Source: Octopus vulgaris
Taxonomy: Eukaryota
Assembly: GCA_951406725.2 (NCBI GenBank)
Contig: OX597825.1
Span: forward strand, 81,654,001 to 81,718,000
Length of the DNA: 64,000 bases
Direction of reading: 5' to 3'
The notes below the pieces were generated by a model. The model was not told the origin of the DNA and ran no database searches. It worked only from the letters and a program-made list of their open reading frames with translations. Position numbers and translations under genes: made by a program. Every line of letters starts with the position of its first letter. Position 1 is the stretch's first letter. Shown here in pieces: positions 1-12,697 of the stretch.

Positions 1-12
1 ACTTGACCGGCA

Positions 13-54
13 GCTACAGACGCGTTTCGGGGTATTGCCCCTTTTCAATGCAGC
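13..54 (-). ncRNA. Minimal type-I hammerhead ribozyme, U3-A8 core variant
   Basis: Minus strand GCTGCA-TTGAAAA-GGGGcaataCCCC-GAAA-CGCG-TC-TGTAGC: stem I GCTGCA/TGTAGC, stem II GGGG/CCCC, palindromic stem III ACGCGT, GUC cleavage triplet. Confidence 0.75.
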
Positions 55-871
55 GTAGCCAGCCAGTAGGTGTCGCTTCCGACAATCTCTGTTCGATGGT
101 TTTATTTACCTAGTTTCGGTGGAATACATCCACTTGTTTTCAATAATAGAAATATTAAAATAACTAAGTCTCTCTAAAAGAGAACAGCGGCAGCGTTCCC
201 GGAAAATAATAGTTATCGCCATACTAATATGGCATTCTTATAAAAATAAGAAAAAAGCTGTCCGCTTATTAGCTCCATGAGGCCATCGCCTTAAGTTAGC
301 TATTTGATACACAAACTGTATCCATATAACCTTCGAACAAGGTAGTGTGGAGCGACTGACCTCCCTTGTTCGAAGGTTATACACATACATATATATACAT
401 ATATGTATATATATATATATATAAATAATAGTTATCGCCATACTAATATGGCATTCTTTATAAAAATAAGAAAAAAGCTGTCCGCTTATTAGCTCCATGA
501 GGCCATCGCCTTAAGTTAGCTATTTGATACACAAACTGTATCCATATAACCTTCGAACAAGGGAGGTCAGTCGCTCCACACTACCTTGTTCGAAGGTTAT
601 ATGGATACAGTTTGTGTATCAAATAGCTAACTTAAGGCGATGGCCTCATGGAGCTAATAAGCGGACAGCTTTTTTCTTATTTTTATAAGAATGCCATATT
701 AGTATGGCGATAACTATTATTTTCCGGGAACGCTGCCGCTGTTCTCTTTTAGAGAGACTTAGTTATTTTAATATTTCTATTATTGAAAACAAGTGGATGT
801 ATTCCACCGAAACTAGGTAAATAAAACCATCGAACAGAGATTGTCGGAAGCGACACCTACTGGCTGGCTAC

Positions 872-912
872 GCTGCATTGAAAAGGGCAATACCCCGAAA
901 CGCGTCTGTAGC
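872..912 (+). ncRNA. Minimal type-I hammerhead ribozyme, U3-A8 variant (second copy, one G fewer in stem II)
   Basis: GCTGCA-TTGAAAA-GGGcaataCCCC-GAAA-CGCG-TC-TGTAGC. Confidence 0.7.
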
Positions 913-1083
913 TGCCGGTCAAGTAGTGTGGAGCGACTGACCTCCCTTGTTCGAAGGTTATATGGATACAGTTTGTGTATCAAATAGCTAACTTAAGGCG
1001 ATGGCCTCATGGAGCTAATAAGCGGACAGCTTTTTTCTTATTTTTATAAGAATGCCATATTAGTATGGTGATAACTATTATTT

Positions 1084-1325
1084 ATATATATATATATATA
1101 TACATATATGTATATATATGTATGTGTGTGCATGTATGTATGTATGTGTGTATGTATGTATGTATGTATGTGTGTATGTATGCATGTATGCATGTATGTA
1201 TGTATGTATGCATGTATGTATGTATGAATGCATGTATGTATGTATGAATGCATGTATGTATGTATGTATGTATGTATGTATGTATGTATGTATGTATGTA
1301 TGTATGTATGTATGCATGTATGTGT
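1084..1325. repeat. (TA)n/(TATG)n microsatellite
   Basis: Direct reading. Confidence 0.95.
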
Positions 1326-1979
1326 ATAGTTTGCTTGCAGGTTGTTGTGTCTTTATATTTCGATGATATTCCTGTTAAATTTTCGTATAATTGTTTTGTT
1401 GCCGACATTGTTTTTGTTGTTGTTGAAATGGCGGTAATGGTGGCGGTGGTGGCGGTGGTGGTGGTGGTGGTGGTTAGAGCTGCTGCTGCGGCTGCCGCTG
1501 CTGTTATTAATGTTGTTGTTTTCCTTTAATTTAGAATTCAGTCCCATAAGCAGCAACTATTTAATTTAGAGAGAAAGAGAGAGAGAGAGAAAGACAGGGA
1601 GAGAGAGAGAGAGAGAGAGTGAGAGAAAGAGAGAGAGAGAAAGAGAGGGAGTGAGAGAGAGAAAGAGAGAGAGAGCTGTTGCTATTTAAATAAATATTTT
1701 TCTATAAAGCAAAGTGCTGTTAATTTTGATGTACAACAACAAAAACAACAACGAAGACATCAATGGCGACGAGAAAGGCAAGAAAAACAACAACAACAAC
1801 AACAACAACAACAATACCAACAACTGCAACTACAACAACAAAACTCACAATAAAAGCAAAAAACGGCAACAACAACATCAACAACAACAATAATAATATG
1901 CATCAGTAAGGTGAACATTGAAAAAAATAAGTAATAAACAAAAATAATTAATGAACGGGAAATATATTACGTTTGCTTA

Positions 1980-2275
1980 GGATGATGATGATGATGATGA
2001 CGATGATGATGATGATGATGATGATGACGATGATGAGGATGATGATGATGAAGGGGTGGTGGTGGTGGTGCTGCTGCTGCTACGACGGTGATGGTATTGG
2101 TGATGATGACGACGACAACGACGATGATGATGATGATGACAACGATGACGCCGACGATGAATGAGGTGATGATGATGATCAAGATGGCGATGGTGGTGGC
2201 GTTGGTGGTGGTGGTAGTAATGATGTATCCAACGCACACACCAAAAGCAGCAGCGGCAGCAGCAGCAGCAACTGC

Positions 2276-2316
<41 letters not shown>

Positions 2317-2405
2317 CAGTTGTAGTAGTAGTAGTAGTAGTAGTAGCAGCAGCAGTACCAGCAGCAGTACCAGCAGCAGCAGCATTAGCAGCAGCAGCAG
2401 TAGTG

Positions 2406-2440
<35 letters not shown>

Positions 2441-2840
2441 CATGTTGGAGCTGGTCGGTTTGAACGGTCATGATGGAACTGGTGATGGAGCTGGTGATGG
2501 TGGTGTTGGTGGTGGTGGTGGTGGTGGTGATGGTGGTGGTGGTGACGATTGTGGCGCTAAGCGGGTAGTGGTGGTGGTGGTGGTGGAGCTGGCGGTGTGG
2601 TGTCGGATAATGTTTCGTGTTCTTTTTGTTTCCCAATGTCATCTGCATAAGCAGCAGCAGCAACATCAGTAACGACAACTCTGTACGAGTAACGGTCCTG
2701 GAGGAGGCGGGGAAAAAGCGCGCGACGGCGATAGCAGTGGTAGTGATGATATCGATGACGGCGACGGCGGCGTCGGCGGTGGAGGTGGCGGTGGTGGTGG
2801 CGGTGGTGACGGCGGCGGCGGTGGTGGCGGTGGCGGTGGT
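1980..2840. repeat. Compound trinucleotide microsatellite (GAT/GGT/GCA/GTA/GGC)
   Basis: Direct reading. Confidence 0.9.
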
Positions 2841-3019
2841 GTTATGGCGAATGTTATACTCCACATTAGGTTCTATATATTTCAATTAAATGTATCTGGA
2901 CGTTAATATTGAAAAGTTAAATATAGTAATTAGAGACAGAACACATCGAGGTTCACTTTGAAAATGGAATGGAACGGAATTGCAAAAGATTACAGCATTA
3001 TTGCTAACAATATGTGTTT

Positions 3020-3035
3020 GCGTGCACACACACAC

Positions 3036-3087
<52 letters not shown>

Positions 3088-3355
3088 GCTTCACATACAT
3101 ATCTGTAATATGTATAAGCCTATATACGTATCTGTAAATGTTTGTGTGTGTGTGTGTTTGTTTGTGTGTATGTGTGTGTATGCACGTATGCATATATATG
3201 CATATATATATATGTGTGTGTGTCGCGTGTGTGTGTATGATTATATATATATTTATATACGCATGTAAATATATGTATACTTATGTCTCTCTCTCTCTCT
3301 CACTCTCTCTCTCTCTATATATATGTATTTATGTATATATATATATATATGTATG

Positions 3356-3386
<31 letters not shown>

Positions 3387-3389
3387 ATG

Positions 3390-3455
<66 letters not shown>

Positions 3456-3461
3456 AGCACA

Positions 3462-3508
<47 letters not shown>

Positions 3509-3560
3509 GTATATATATTTCTGTTATTGTATACAGAACTGGAAGTATTTCGGATATTTC

Positions 3561-3659
<99 letters not shown>

Positions 3660-4177
3660 TCTTCTAATTTTTTTTTTTTTCACACATTTGTTTTTGTTTT
3701 TTTTTTCACGATATATTTTGTGAATATTAAAGTTTCCCGTTAATTCTCAGCTGCTTTTATATTTATTTATTTATTCATTTATTTATTTATTCATTTATTT
3801 ATTTATTTATCTTTCAAATGCTTCCTCCTCCTCTTCTTCCTCTTCTTCTTCTCCTTCGTATATAATGTAATAATTGTTTTATACTTATTTTTGTATGTTT
3901 TCCTAAATTGTTCGTGTGTGAGCTTTTCTTTTTTATAATCTTCTTATTGTTATCCTAGTTTTGTATATTGATACACATGTATGTATACCTGTTATGCCTA
4001 TATATATATATACACATATATAAATGTATGTGTGTGTATGCGTGTGTGTGTGCGCGAGCGCGTTTGCTTTAATTTTTAATCTCTTTTTAATATTCGGGTC
4101 CATGTGAGCGGTTTCATTTTATAAGTCTTTTAATGAATGTGTAAGTGGTTGAGCCTAAACGCCTGTGTGCCTCTGTG

Positions 4178-4210
<33 letters not shown>

Positions 4211-4446
4211 CCGTGTGTGTGTGTGTGTGTGCTCGTGTGTAGGTATATATATATACGTATATGTCTGCGCTCTTGCTTGTGCGTGTGTGTGAAAGTTATT
4301 TATTTTTTGTCTTTTTTTCGCCACTGTAAATCAAACTTCATTTGTTCTCTATGTACATGCTTACATTTGCGCACGCGCACACGCACACACACACACACAC
4401 ACACATGCACATACACACACGCATTCTACATTCCTTCATACCTTCG

Positions 4447-4479
<33 letters not shown>

Positions 4480-4494
4480 AGATAGATTGATAGA

Positions 4495-4526
<32 letters not shown>

Positions 4527-5217
4527 TAGATAGATAGATATATGTATACATACACACACATAAATATATATGTATATATATATATATATGTATGTATGTG
4601 TGCATGTATGTAAGTGTATATGTACATCTATGTGTATATGTGTGCATGTATATATATATATATATATAAATATATGTGTGTGTGTATGTATATATATATG
4701 TATATATGTATATATGTGTATATACATATATATATACATATATATGTATATATGTATGTATGTATGTATGTATATATATATCCTAGTCAACGTCACGTAA
4801 TACATGGAGGAGCAAGGGTGGGGTGAGGTGGCGTAGAGCGGGAGGGAGGATGAGTTATGTTACTGAGATGCCATTAAGTGGTTTTAATAGGATAATTAAG
4901 CGAATACTTCTTAACTGATTCATTAATATACTTTATTCTGTGTTTGTATGTGTATGTATGTGTGTATGTGTGTGTGTTTAAGAGAAATGAAGAGCGAGAG
5001 AGTCGGGGAGAAGAAGAAAGGAGAGAAGAAGAGAGAGAGAGAGAGGAAGAGCTGGAGAGAGTGTGTGTGAGTAAGTGCGTAAGTGCGTTTGTGTGTGTGA
5101 GTCTGGTGAAATTTGTCCAAGACGTGGATGATACACGTCTAACAAAAATGTTGGTTATGCTGAATTTAAACAAGCACTCACTCTATATGCACTTGTGTAT
5201 ATCTATGTATATGTATA

Positions 5218-5249
<32 letters not shown>

Positions 5250-5346
5250 CTGTGTGTGTATGTGTATATATAGATATGTATGTATATAGATATATATATA
5301 TATGTGTATATATATATATATCTATATACATACATATCTATATATA

Positions 5347-5401
<55 letters not shown>

Positions 5402-5635
5402 TATACATATACATATGTATATATATATATCTGTGTGTGTGTGTATGTTCCGTTTTTGTTCCATTTTTATATTTATATATGTATACATATATACATATCT
5501 ATATCTATATATAGTTATGTATAGATATCTACATGTATATGTATGTATATATAAATGTATGTATATGTATATATAAATGTATGTATATATATATGTATGT
5601 ATTTATATATATGTGTGTGTATATATATATACATA

Positions 5636-5671
<36 letters not shown>

Positions 5672-5790
5672 TACATATCTATATATATATATCTATGTCT
5701 ATTTATATATAGACATATATACATATCTATATATATCCATGTATATATATGTTTGTATCCATGTATGCATGTATTATGTATGTATATATA
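3020..5790. repeat. Microsatellite-dominated region ((CA)n, (TA)n, (TG)n, (GATA)n)
   Basis: Direct reading. Confidence 0.9.
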
Positions 5791-5862
5791 CCAAGGTGAG
5801 CACATAAATGTGACACATGGTGGGAAAAACAGTACTCGAATACCAGAGGTAGAGTAATATAC

Positions 5863-6024
5863 TTTATCATTATTAAAGCTGCAAAAATATCATAAAACTA
5901 TCACAAAAAAACTGTTACTCAGAGTTTCACGATCCCGTTCGTCCGACGAAAGTGAACGTGAAACTCTGAATAGCAGTTTTTTGTGATATTTCTGTGATGT
6001 TTTTGCAGCTTTAATGGTAATAAA
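5863..6024. repeat. ~160-bp imperfect palindrome of two head-to-head hammerhead-like repeat ends
   Basis: Arms pair around centre ~5944; + strand CCGACGA-AAGtgaaCGT-GAAA-CTCTGAA-TA-GCAG; - strand GACGA-ACGggatCGT-GAAA-CTCTGAG-TA-ACAG. Confidence 0.7.
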
Positions 6025-6149
6025 CTACACACACACACAAACACATACACATACACACACATGTATATAATTTTCAACTCTCCAATATTAATTTTTAATT
6101 GCTTAATAATACATATATGGACATGCATATATGTATACATCTATGCATG

Positions 6150-6797
6150 CATAGATGAAGCTATCACATTCCCTAGCGATGAAACAACCTCGGTCTTCTT
6201 TGGAGCCGGTGAAGAGAGATGTTTTCACTACATGGATATTTTCTTTGTCTTGGCTCAAAGTGATGAATCCAACACTCACCTTGGGTTAGGAAACGTCCAA
6301 GGAAACAAGCTGGATCAACCTCAAAAGTAGCAGACTTTCCCGTGGTGTTATCAGTCTGGTGTGTTTTTGATCTGGTGCCAGAAAACATGGGGATCTTCTG
6401 AGCAGAATTCTTCGTCATGCCAAGTTCATTGCGCAGAATATTCTCAACTCTCTCATGGGACATGCTCATAGTATTGGTTATTTGATTTATAGTCAATCAT
6501 TTGTCATCCATCAGCATGTGGTGAATACGATCAACGTTTTCCTTGATGCTGGAGGCTGCAGGTCGTCCAGGCCTTAGGTTATCATCCTTCCCCTCCTAAA
6601 TTTAGTTGTCCACTTTTGCACTGCTGATAACATTGGAGCGTCAGCCTCCAATGTAACAACCATGTCAGCATGAATGTCGTTGGGGGCTAAACCCTTTTTC
6701 TGCAGGTACTTGATAACAGCTCGATGCAGAGCTTCCGTTTCTCAAATTCACTCACAAGGTATTGGTCGGCTTGGACCACAGTAGAAGGCATCATTCG
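6150..6797 (-). mobile_element. Degenerate mariner transposase, 5' part
   Basis: Minus-strand peptides [69 protein letters not shown]; frameshifts and stops. Confidence 0.85.
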
Positions 6798-6863
6798 TAC
6801 ATCGATATTCATATGCACACACACACACACACGCACACACACACACACATTATCGAACATTTA

Positions 6864-6942
<79 letters not shown>

Positions 6943-7088
6943 CAGTAAATTCGACTTGCAGCTGTTTCCGATAATCATTATAGGTTCGTTAATTGATCGG
7001 TTTACTCAATCGGTCCGTTGATCGGATGAGAAAAATTGAATGACCTTAAATAATTAGTGCTATCCGCATCAGAGGTATGGTCAATATA

Positions 7089-7199
7089 CGAGGGGTGTAT
7101 GAAAATTTTTGACCCTTGAAGTCTTATACCTTCATCAGAAGCCTTGCACCATGGTTGTTTGGGGTTTTTTTAGGCTTAAGACTTTTCGTACACCCCTCG
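7089..7199. mobile_element. 111-bp mariner-type MITE
   Basis: TA|CGAGGGGTGTATGAAAA ... TTTTCGTACACCCCTCG|TA terminal inverted repeats with TA duplication. Confidence 0.8.
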
Positions 7200-7479
7200 T
7201 ATGTAGATTTACATCCAATTAATTTTTGAAACCCTCCTGACTTCCATTATATGCTATTAAGCAAATTTGGCGCATTGAAATGCTCCAATGAGTTCTTTAC
7301 CGTTTCTTTGGAGCAGCGGAATTCCCAGGACCATCATGAGATTTGTAAAGACGTATAAATTCTAATATTTAAGAGATCAATTGGAAAATACGTCAGCAAA
7401 CATTGAGTCTAATGTCCCCCCAATTCTTTTCCCCTTTATAAATCTTTGCACTAGTCTAACATCTGTGTTTAGTGAGAAA

Positions 7480-7980
7480 GAGTTAGTTGAACGCAATTGA
7501 GAGACCCCTCAAAGAAGCGCAATTGAAAGACTCCTCAAAAAAGCGCAATTGAGAGACCCATCCCTTGAAGAAGGGCCAAATAAATTTGTTGGGGTGATTG
7601 GAGTATTTTGCACATCTGTAGTAATGAAATACCGCTACATCTATAGTTTCAGGAACGCATTGCGGTTTTCTGTGCCCCCACGACATGATAGTGACTCTTG
7701 CCGAAGTGCTGTGTTGTCAACCATGGTTTTCAAAGATTATACATGGCTAAAATGCATTCGAACCAGGAACAAGTGTTCTTCCATTGTAAGAAAAACTCCA
7801 ATCACCAAAACAAATCTACTTGACCATTCTTTGCGTTTTATGCTCGTCATAGGTAGGAAGTGGCGGGATTTCATTGTCGTAGAGGCGACAATGAAATACG
7901 GCCACTTTCGTAGCTTCCGATGTGTATAATGTGTTATATAAGCGGATGTAGTTGTCTTTTTCTGATATCCCACTCTATAT
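7480..7980 (-). mobile_element. Possible very degenerate Tc1/mariner-superfamily transposase N-terminus
   Basis: TMEEHLFLVRMHFSH..SLK and GHRKPQCVPETIDV loosely resemble the N-terminal helix and GRP..ENI motifs; contains a 26-bp tandem triplication at ~7492-7560. Confidence 0.3.
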
Positions 7981-8253
7981 ATACATAAACACGCGCCCAC
8001 ATACATATATAAATACGGTAAAGTGGATGGGCAATGATAGAGATGTATGCATGTATGTATGCATATGTGTGTATGTATGTATGAGCCTAAATGCGTGCAA
8101 ATACATAGAAGTGTAATAGAGGGAGCCGAAGAGTCAAGTAAAGGATGGTAAATAGGTCATTAATAAGAGGTCGGGGTTCAAGACTTATGTATGTCAGTGC
8201 CTACATGTATGAAGCTATATATATGATATATAATATGTATAATATATAATATA

Positions 8254-8288
<35 letters not shown>

Positions 8289-8315
8289 TGTATATATATG
8301 TATTTTAAAAAATAA

Positions 8316-8353
<38 letters not shown>

Positions 8354-8354
8354 G

Positions 8355-8424
<70 letters not shown>

Positions 8425-8427
<3 letters not shown>

Positions 8428-8588
8428 AGATTAATCAGCCGAAATTGCGAGGATGATCCGGTTCTTGACTGAAGATTAAAGGCTTCAAATGACCCGTCCG
8501 TGTTTTTTGTATCGTCTATCTGGATGTTTTGTTGTCCCTTTTTGTATCACCTAGATGTCCGGATGTTTTGCGTTCTTGCACCATTTTG

Positions 8589-8590
<2 letters not shown>
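8425..8590 (+). repeat. Dispersed repeat family E, partial copy
   Basis: TCAGCCGAAATTGCGAGGATGATCCGGTTCTTGACTGAAGATTAAAGGCTTC matches the reverse complement of ~49390-49460. Confidence 0.75.
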
Positions 8591-8655
<65 letters not shown>

Positions 8656-8910
8656 GGAGAGAGGGAGAGAGAGAGAGAGAGAAGTGCGTGTGCATTTGTA
8701 TGTGTTTGTCTCAGCGTAGAGGGTGTCTGAGTATGTTCGTATGTCCATGCTAAGGGCGTTGTGTTCTTGTTGATCTATTTAGTCGTATTTGTGTGTGTGT
8801 GTGTTTGTGTGTGTTTGTGTACTCGTGTACTCGTGGATGCTTGTACTCGTTTCGTCATCCTCTCTTCATCTATCTCTATCTCCTTTTCTCACACTCTCAC
8901 ACACTCATTC

Positions 8911-8974
<64 letters not shown>

Positions 8975-9033
8975 TATACATATATATATATATATACATA
9001 TATAAATATATATGCATATATGGGTACATGACG

Positions 9034-9096
<63 letters not shown>

Positions 9097-9900
9097 GTAT
9101 ACACACATATATAATGACCTACACACACACACACACACACGTATAAATGTATATATAATGACATACATACACACATACATACATGCATACATACATGTAT
9201 ACTTACGTAGGTACATATATACATACATACTCGCATACATACATACATACATACACACATACATACATACATACATACATACATACATACGTACACACAT
9301 GCATGCATACATACATACATACATACATACATACATACATACATACATACATACATACATACATACATACATACATACATAAGTACGTTCATATAGGCAT
9401 CCATGCATATGAATATTAATATATTTGTCTGTGTACATCCACGCTCAGACACACGCATACATACTCATGTGTGTGTTTGTGTGTGTGTGTATGTGTGTGT
9501 AAAGTACATATATACGTACACAAACATGAGCGTGTGTGTGTGCACGAGTAGTGTCACTTGTTCCATATACATAACACTTACACACACACACATACATACA
9601 AATGCACACATACACACACACTCATGCACATGCAAACACACAGACACACAGACAGACAGACACACATATTCATTTGTATATAAAGTATGACAGATGGGTC
9701 TTGTACGGAAACAGTATCAGCCCCGAGTGAGTTGAGGGTGGGTGGGTGGATAAAAGATGGTGGTTGTGGTGGTGCTGGTGCTGGTTGAGGGGTTGTGGTT
9801 ATGGTGTGCGTGGTGATAATGCCAGGGTAGTAGGGTAGAGAGAGAGAGAGAGAAAGATGGGGAGAGGGAGAGATTGATGGATGAATAGATAGATAGACAG

Positions 9901-9944
<44 letters not shown>

Positions 9945-10065
9945 TGAGAGAAACTTATATATATATAGAGAGAGAGAGTGAGAGAGAGACAGAGACAGAG
10001 ACAGAGAATGAGAGAGAGAAACACACAGAGAGAAAGAGAGTGAGAGAGAGAAACAGATAGATAGA

Positions 10066-10118
<53 letters not shown>

Positions 10119-10900
10119 GTGTTTAGAATGGGTGTAATAGTGGTGATGAGGAAGGTGACGGAATGGGGAACTAAGGGAGGGAAACATGAGAAGGTGGAGG
10201 AGGAGGAGGAGGAGGAGGATAAAGGATGGCGTTGGTGATTAATGAAAGTAACGACGATGATGATGATGATGATAACGATGATCCAACTTGTGGTTTAACC
10301 CCAGGTCAACCCAGGTGATGATGGCCACTAATGATGGCGACAATCGTTGGGGATTGTGGTGCTGTTGGTAATGGTGTTGGTGTTGTCGTTGGTTGTGGTG
10401 GTAGTGGTGGTGGTGGTGGTTTGGTTGTGGTTGTGTTGGTGATGGTTGTGATGGTTATGTTGATGATGGTGGTGGTGGTTGTGGTGGTTGTGGTGGTGGT
10501 TGTTGTGTGATGGTCGTTGTGATGGTGGTGGTGGTGGTGGTAGTTGTGGTGGTGGTGGTTGTGGTTGTGTTGGTGATGGTTGTGGTGGTTGTGGTGGTAG
10601 TGGTGGTGATGGTTGTTGTCATGGTAGTGGTGGTGGTTTTGGTGGTTGTTGTGGTGTTTTCCCTGGGGCCGTTGGGTGACGTTGACGGTCGTTGACGTCA
10701 TCATTCTTGCTGTTGCTGTTGTCGTCATAGTGATAATGGTAGTGATGATAGTAGTGGTGGTGGTGGTTGTAGTGTTAATGGTAGTGCTTGCTGGTGGTAC
10801 TTACAGTGGTGACGGTGGTCGGTGGTGGTGGTGGTGTTGGTGTTGGTGGTGATGGTCGTGGTTGTGGCTGTGGCGGTGATCGATGCTGTGGTAGTGATGG
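8590..10900. repeat. Microsatellite-dominated region ((TA)n, (CATA)n, (GA)n, (GGT/GTT)n)
   Basis: Direct reading. Confidence 0.9.
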
Positions 10901-11414
10901 CGACAATGTCACTTCGTCACCACTCTTTCACACACACATACACACACACACACACACACACAAACACACAAAGTCAAATTTAGTCGTGTCGTCGGCCCTT
11001 TAGGGAGTTTAGAGAAGAGGGGATCCGTTGAGATTTGACCCACGTCGTACAGAGGAACTCTGCCGAAATGCCGTCGGCAGGGGGCGATTTTGTATTCACT
11101 ATTTAACCTTCGAATCGGCGGCGGCAACTTCATTCGACAAAGTGGTGTATTTATAACATGACCACCACCCCCGACACCACCGCCGCCGCCATTTACGACA
11201 ATAACAATGCAATGCCAAGAATTACATGATACGATGTGCGTAAGGCGGCCACTTGCACCGTAATTAACTGGAAAAAATTGTTTTAATTCATTTATCCATC
11301 AACTTCAATTGGTTTCAATTAATTTTGTTGCAACCATGGTCTTCTGTGAATGGGTATATACATGTGTATATATATATGTGTGTGTGTATATATATGTATA
11401 TAAATATATATATT

Positions 11415-11469
<55 letters not shown>

Positions 11470-11577
11470 ATATATATGTATATATATATATGTTTGTATG
11501 TGTGTATGTATATATGTATGTGTGTATGTATGTATGTATGTGTGTGTGTATTTATGTATATATATATGTATGTATGC

Positions 11578-11619
<42 letters not shown>

Positions 11620-11719
11620 TGTGTGTCAGGCAAAAAAGAGACTGATAGATGAAAACTACGACGATACACACGCTCGTGCAAACACGCGCATACACACATT
11701 GGTGCAGCTGTGGGTATCT

Positions 11720-11949
11720 GGCGGCGAGCTGGCAGAAACGTTAGCACGCCGGACGAAATGCTCAGCGGTATTTCGTCTACCGTTATGTTCTGAGTTCAAA
11801 TTCCGCCGAGGTCGACTTTGCCTTTCATCCTTTTGGGGTCGATAAATTAAGTACCAGCTACGCACTGTGGTCGATGTAATCGACTTAATCCCTTAGTCTG
11901 TCCTTGTTTGTCCCCTCTGTGTTTAGCCCCTTGTGGGCAATAAAGAAAT
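11720..11949 (+). mobile_element. tRNA-derived SINE family A
   Basis: GGCGAGCTGGCAGAAACGTTAGC head (A box), GAGTTCAAATTCC B box, body GACTTTGCCTTTCATCC..GGGGTCGATAAA; many copies in the window. Confidence 0.9.
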
Positions 11950-12312
11950 GAGAAGCTTGTTTCCCAACCACATGGTTCCGGGTTCAGTCTTACAGCGTGA
12001 CACCTTGCGTAAATGTATTCTGCTGTGGCCCCGGGCCGACCAAGGCCTTGTGAGTAGATTTGGTAGACGGAAACTAAAAGAAGCCCATTGTATATGTGTG
12101 TGTCTTGTGCTTGTGTTTGGCCCTTAGCAACGTTTGACAACCATTAGTGGTGTACTTACGCCCCCCCCCCCAACCTTGCGATTCGACAAAAGAGAACGAC
12201 AGAATGAGTAACAGGTCTCAAAAGTAAATAGTGGGGTCAATTCGCTCGACTAAACCCTACAAGGCGGTACTGCAGCATGGCCGCAGCCCCATGACTGAAA
12301 CAAGTAAAAGAT
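11950..12312 (+). mobile_element. tRNA-derived SINE family B (5'-truncated)
   Basis: CAACCACATGGTTCCGGGTTCAGTC..GGAAACTAAAAGAAGCCC..GCATGGCCGCAG..TGACTGAAACAAGTAAAAGA. Confidence 0.85.
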
Positions 12313-12319
12313 AAACGAT

Positions 12320-12452
12320 GCGCAGGAGTGGCGGTGTGGTAAGTAGCTTGCTTCTCAACCACATGGTTCCGGGTTCAGTCTTCTGCTATAGCCTCAGTCC
12401 GACCAAACCCTTGTGAGTGGATTCGGTAAACGGAAACTGAAAGAAGCTCGTC

Positions 12453-12494
<42 letters not shown>

Positions 12495-12697
12495 GTTTGT
12501 GTGTCTGTGTTTGTCTTGCCACCATCGCTTGACAACCGACGCTGGTGGGTTTCCGTCCCCCGTAACTTAGCGGTTCGGCAAGAGAGGTCGATAGAATAAG
12601 TACTAGGCTTACAAAGAATAATTCCTGGTGTCGATTTGTGCGACTAAAGGCGGTGCTCCAGCCTGGCCGCAGTCAAATGACTGAAGCAAGTAAAAGA
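12320..12697 (+). mobile_element. SINE family B, near full length
   Basis: GCGCAGGAGTGGCGGTGTGGTAAG head, GGTTCAGTC B-box-like motif, internal (TA)n, conserved 3' end. Confidence 0.9.

Larger units (their letters stand above)
1..1083. mobile_element. Penelope-like pLTR / non-LTR retrozyme-type repeat cluster (~361-nt unit, tandem plus inverted copies)
   Basis: 1-380 is the reverse complement of ~545-924; 584-722 recurs at 945-1083 (period 361); 424-583 is the reverse complement of ~924-1083; the unit carries a minimal hammerhead motif. Confidence 0.7.

Noticed and set aside
1967-2889. Poly-T/A/H/V ORFs resembling low-complexity transcription factor regions
   Set aside because: Open on several frames and both strands purely from triplet repeats; no conserved domain or splice support
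11720-11810. tRNA gene
   Set aside because: A and B boxes are present but no cloverleaf, and the SINE body always follows
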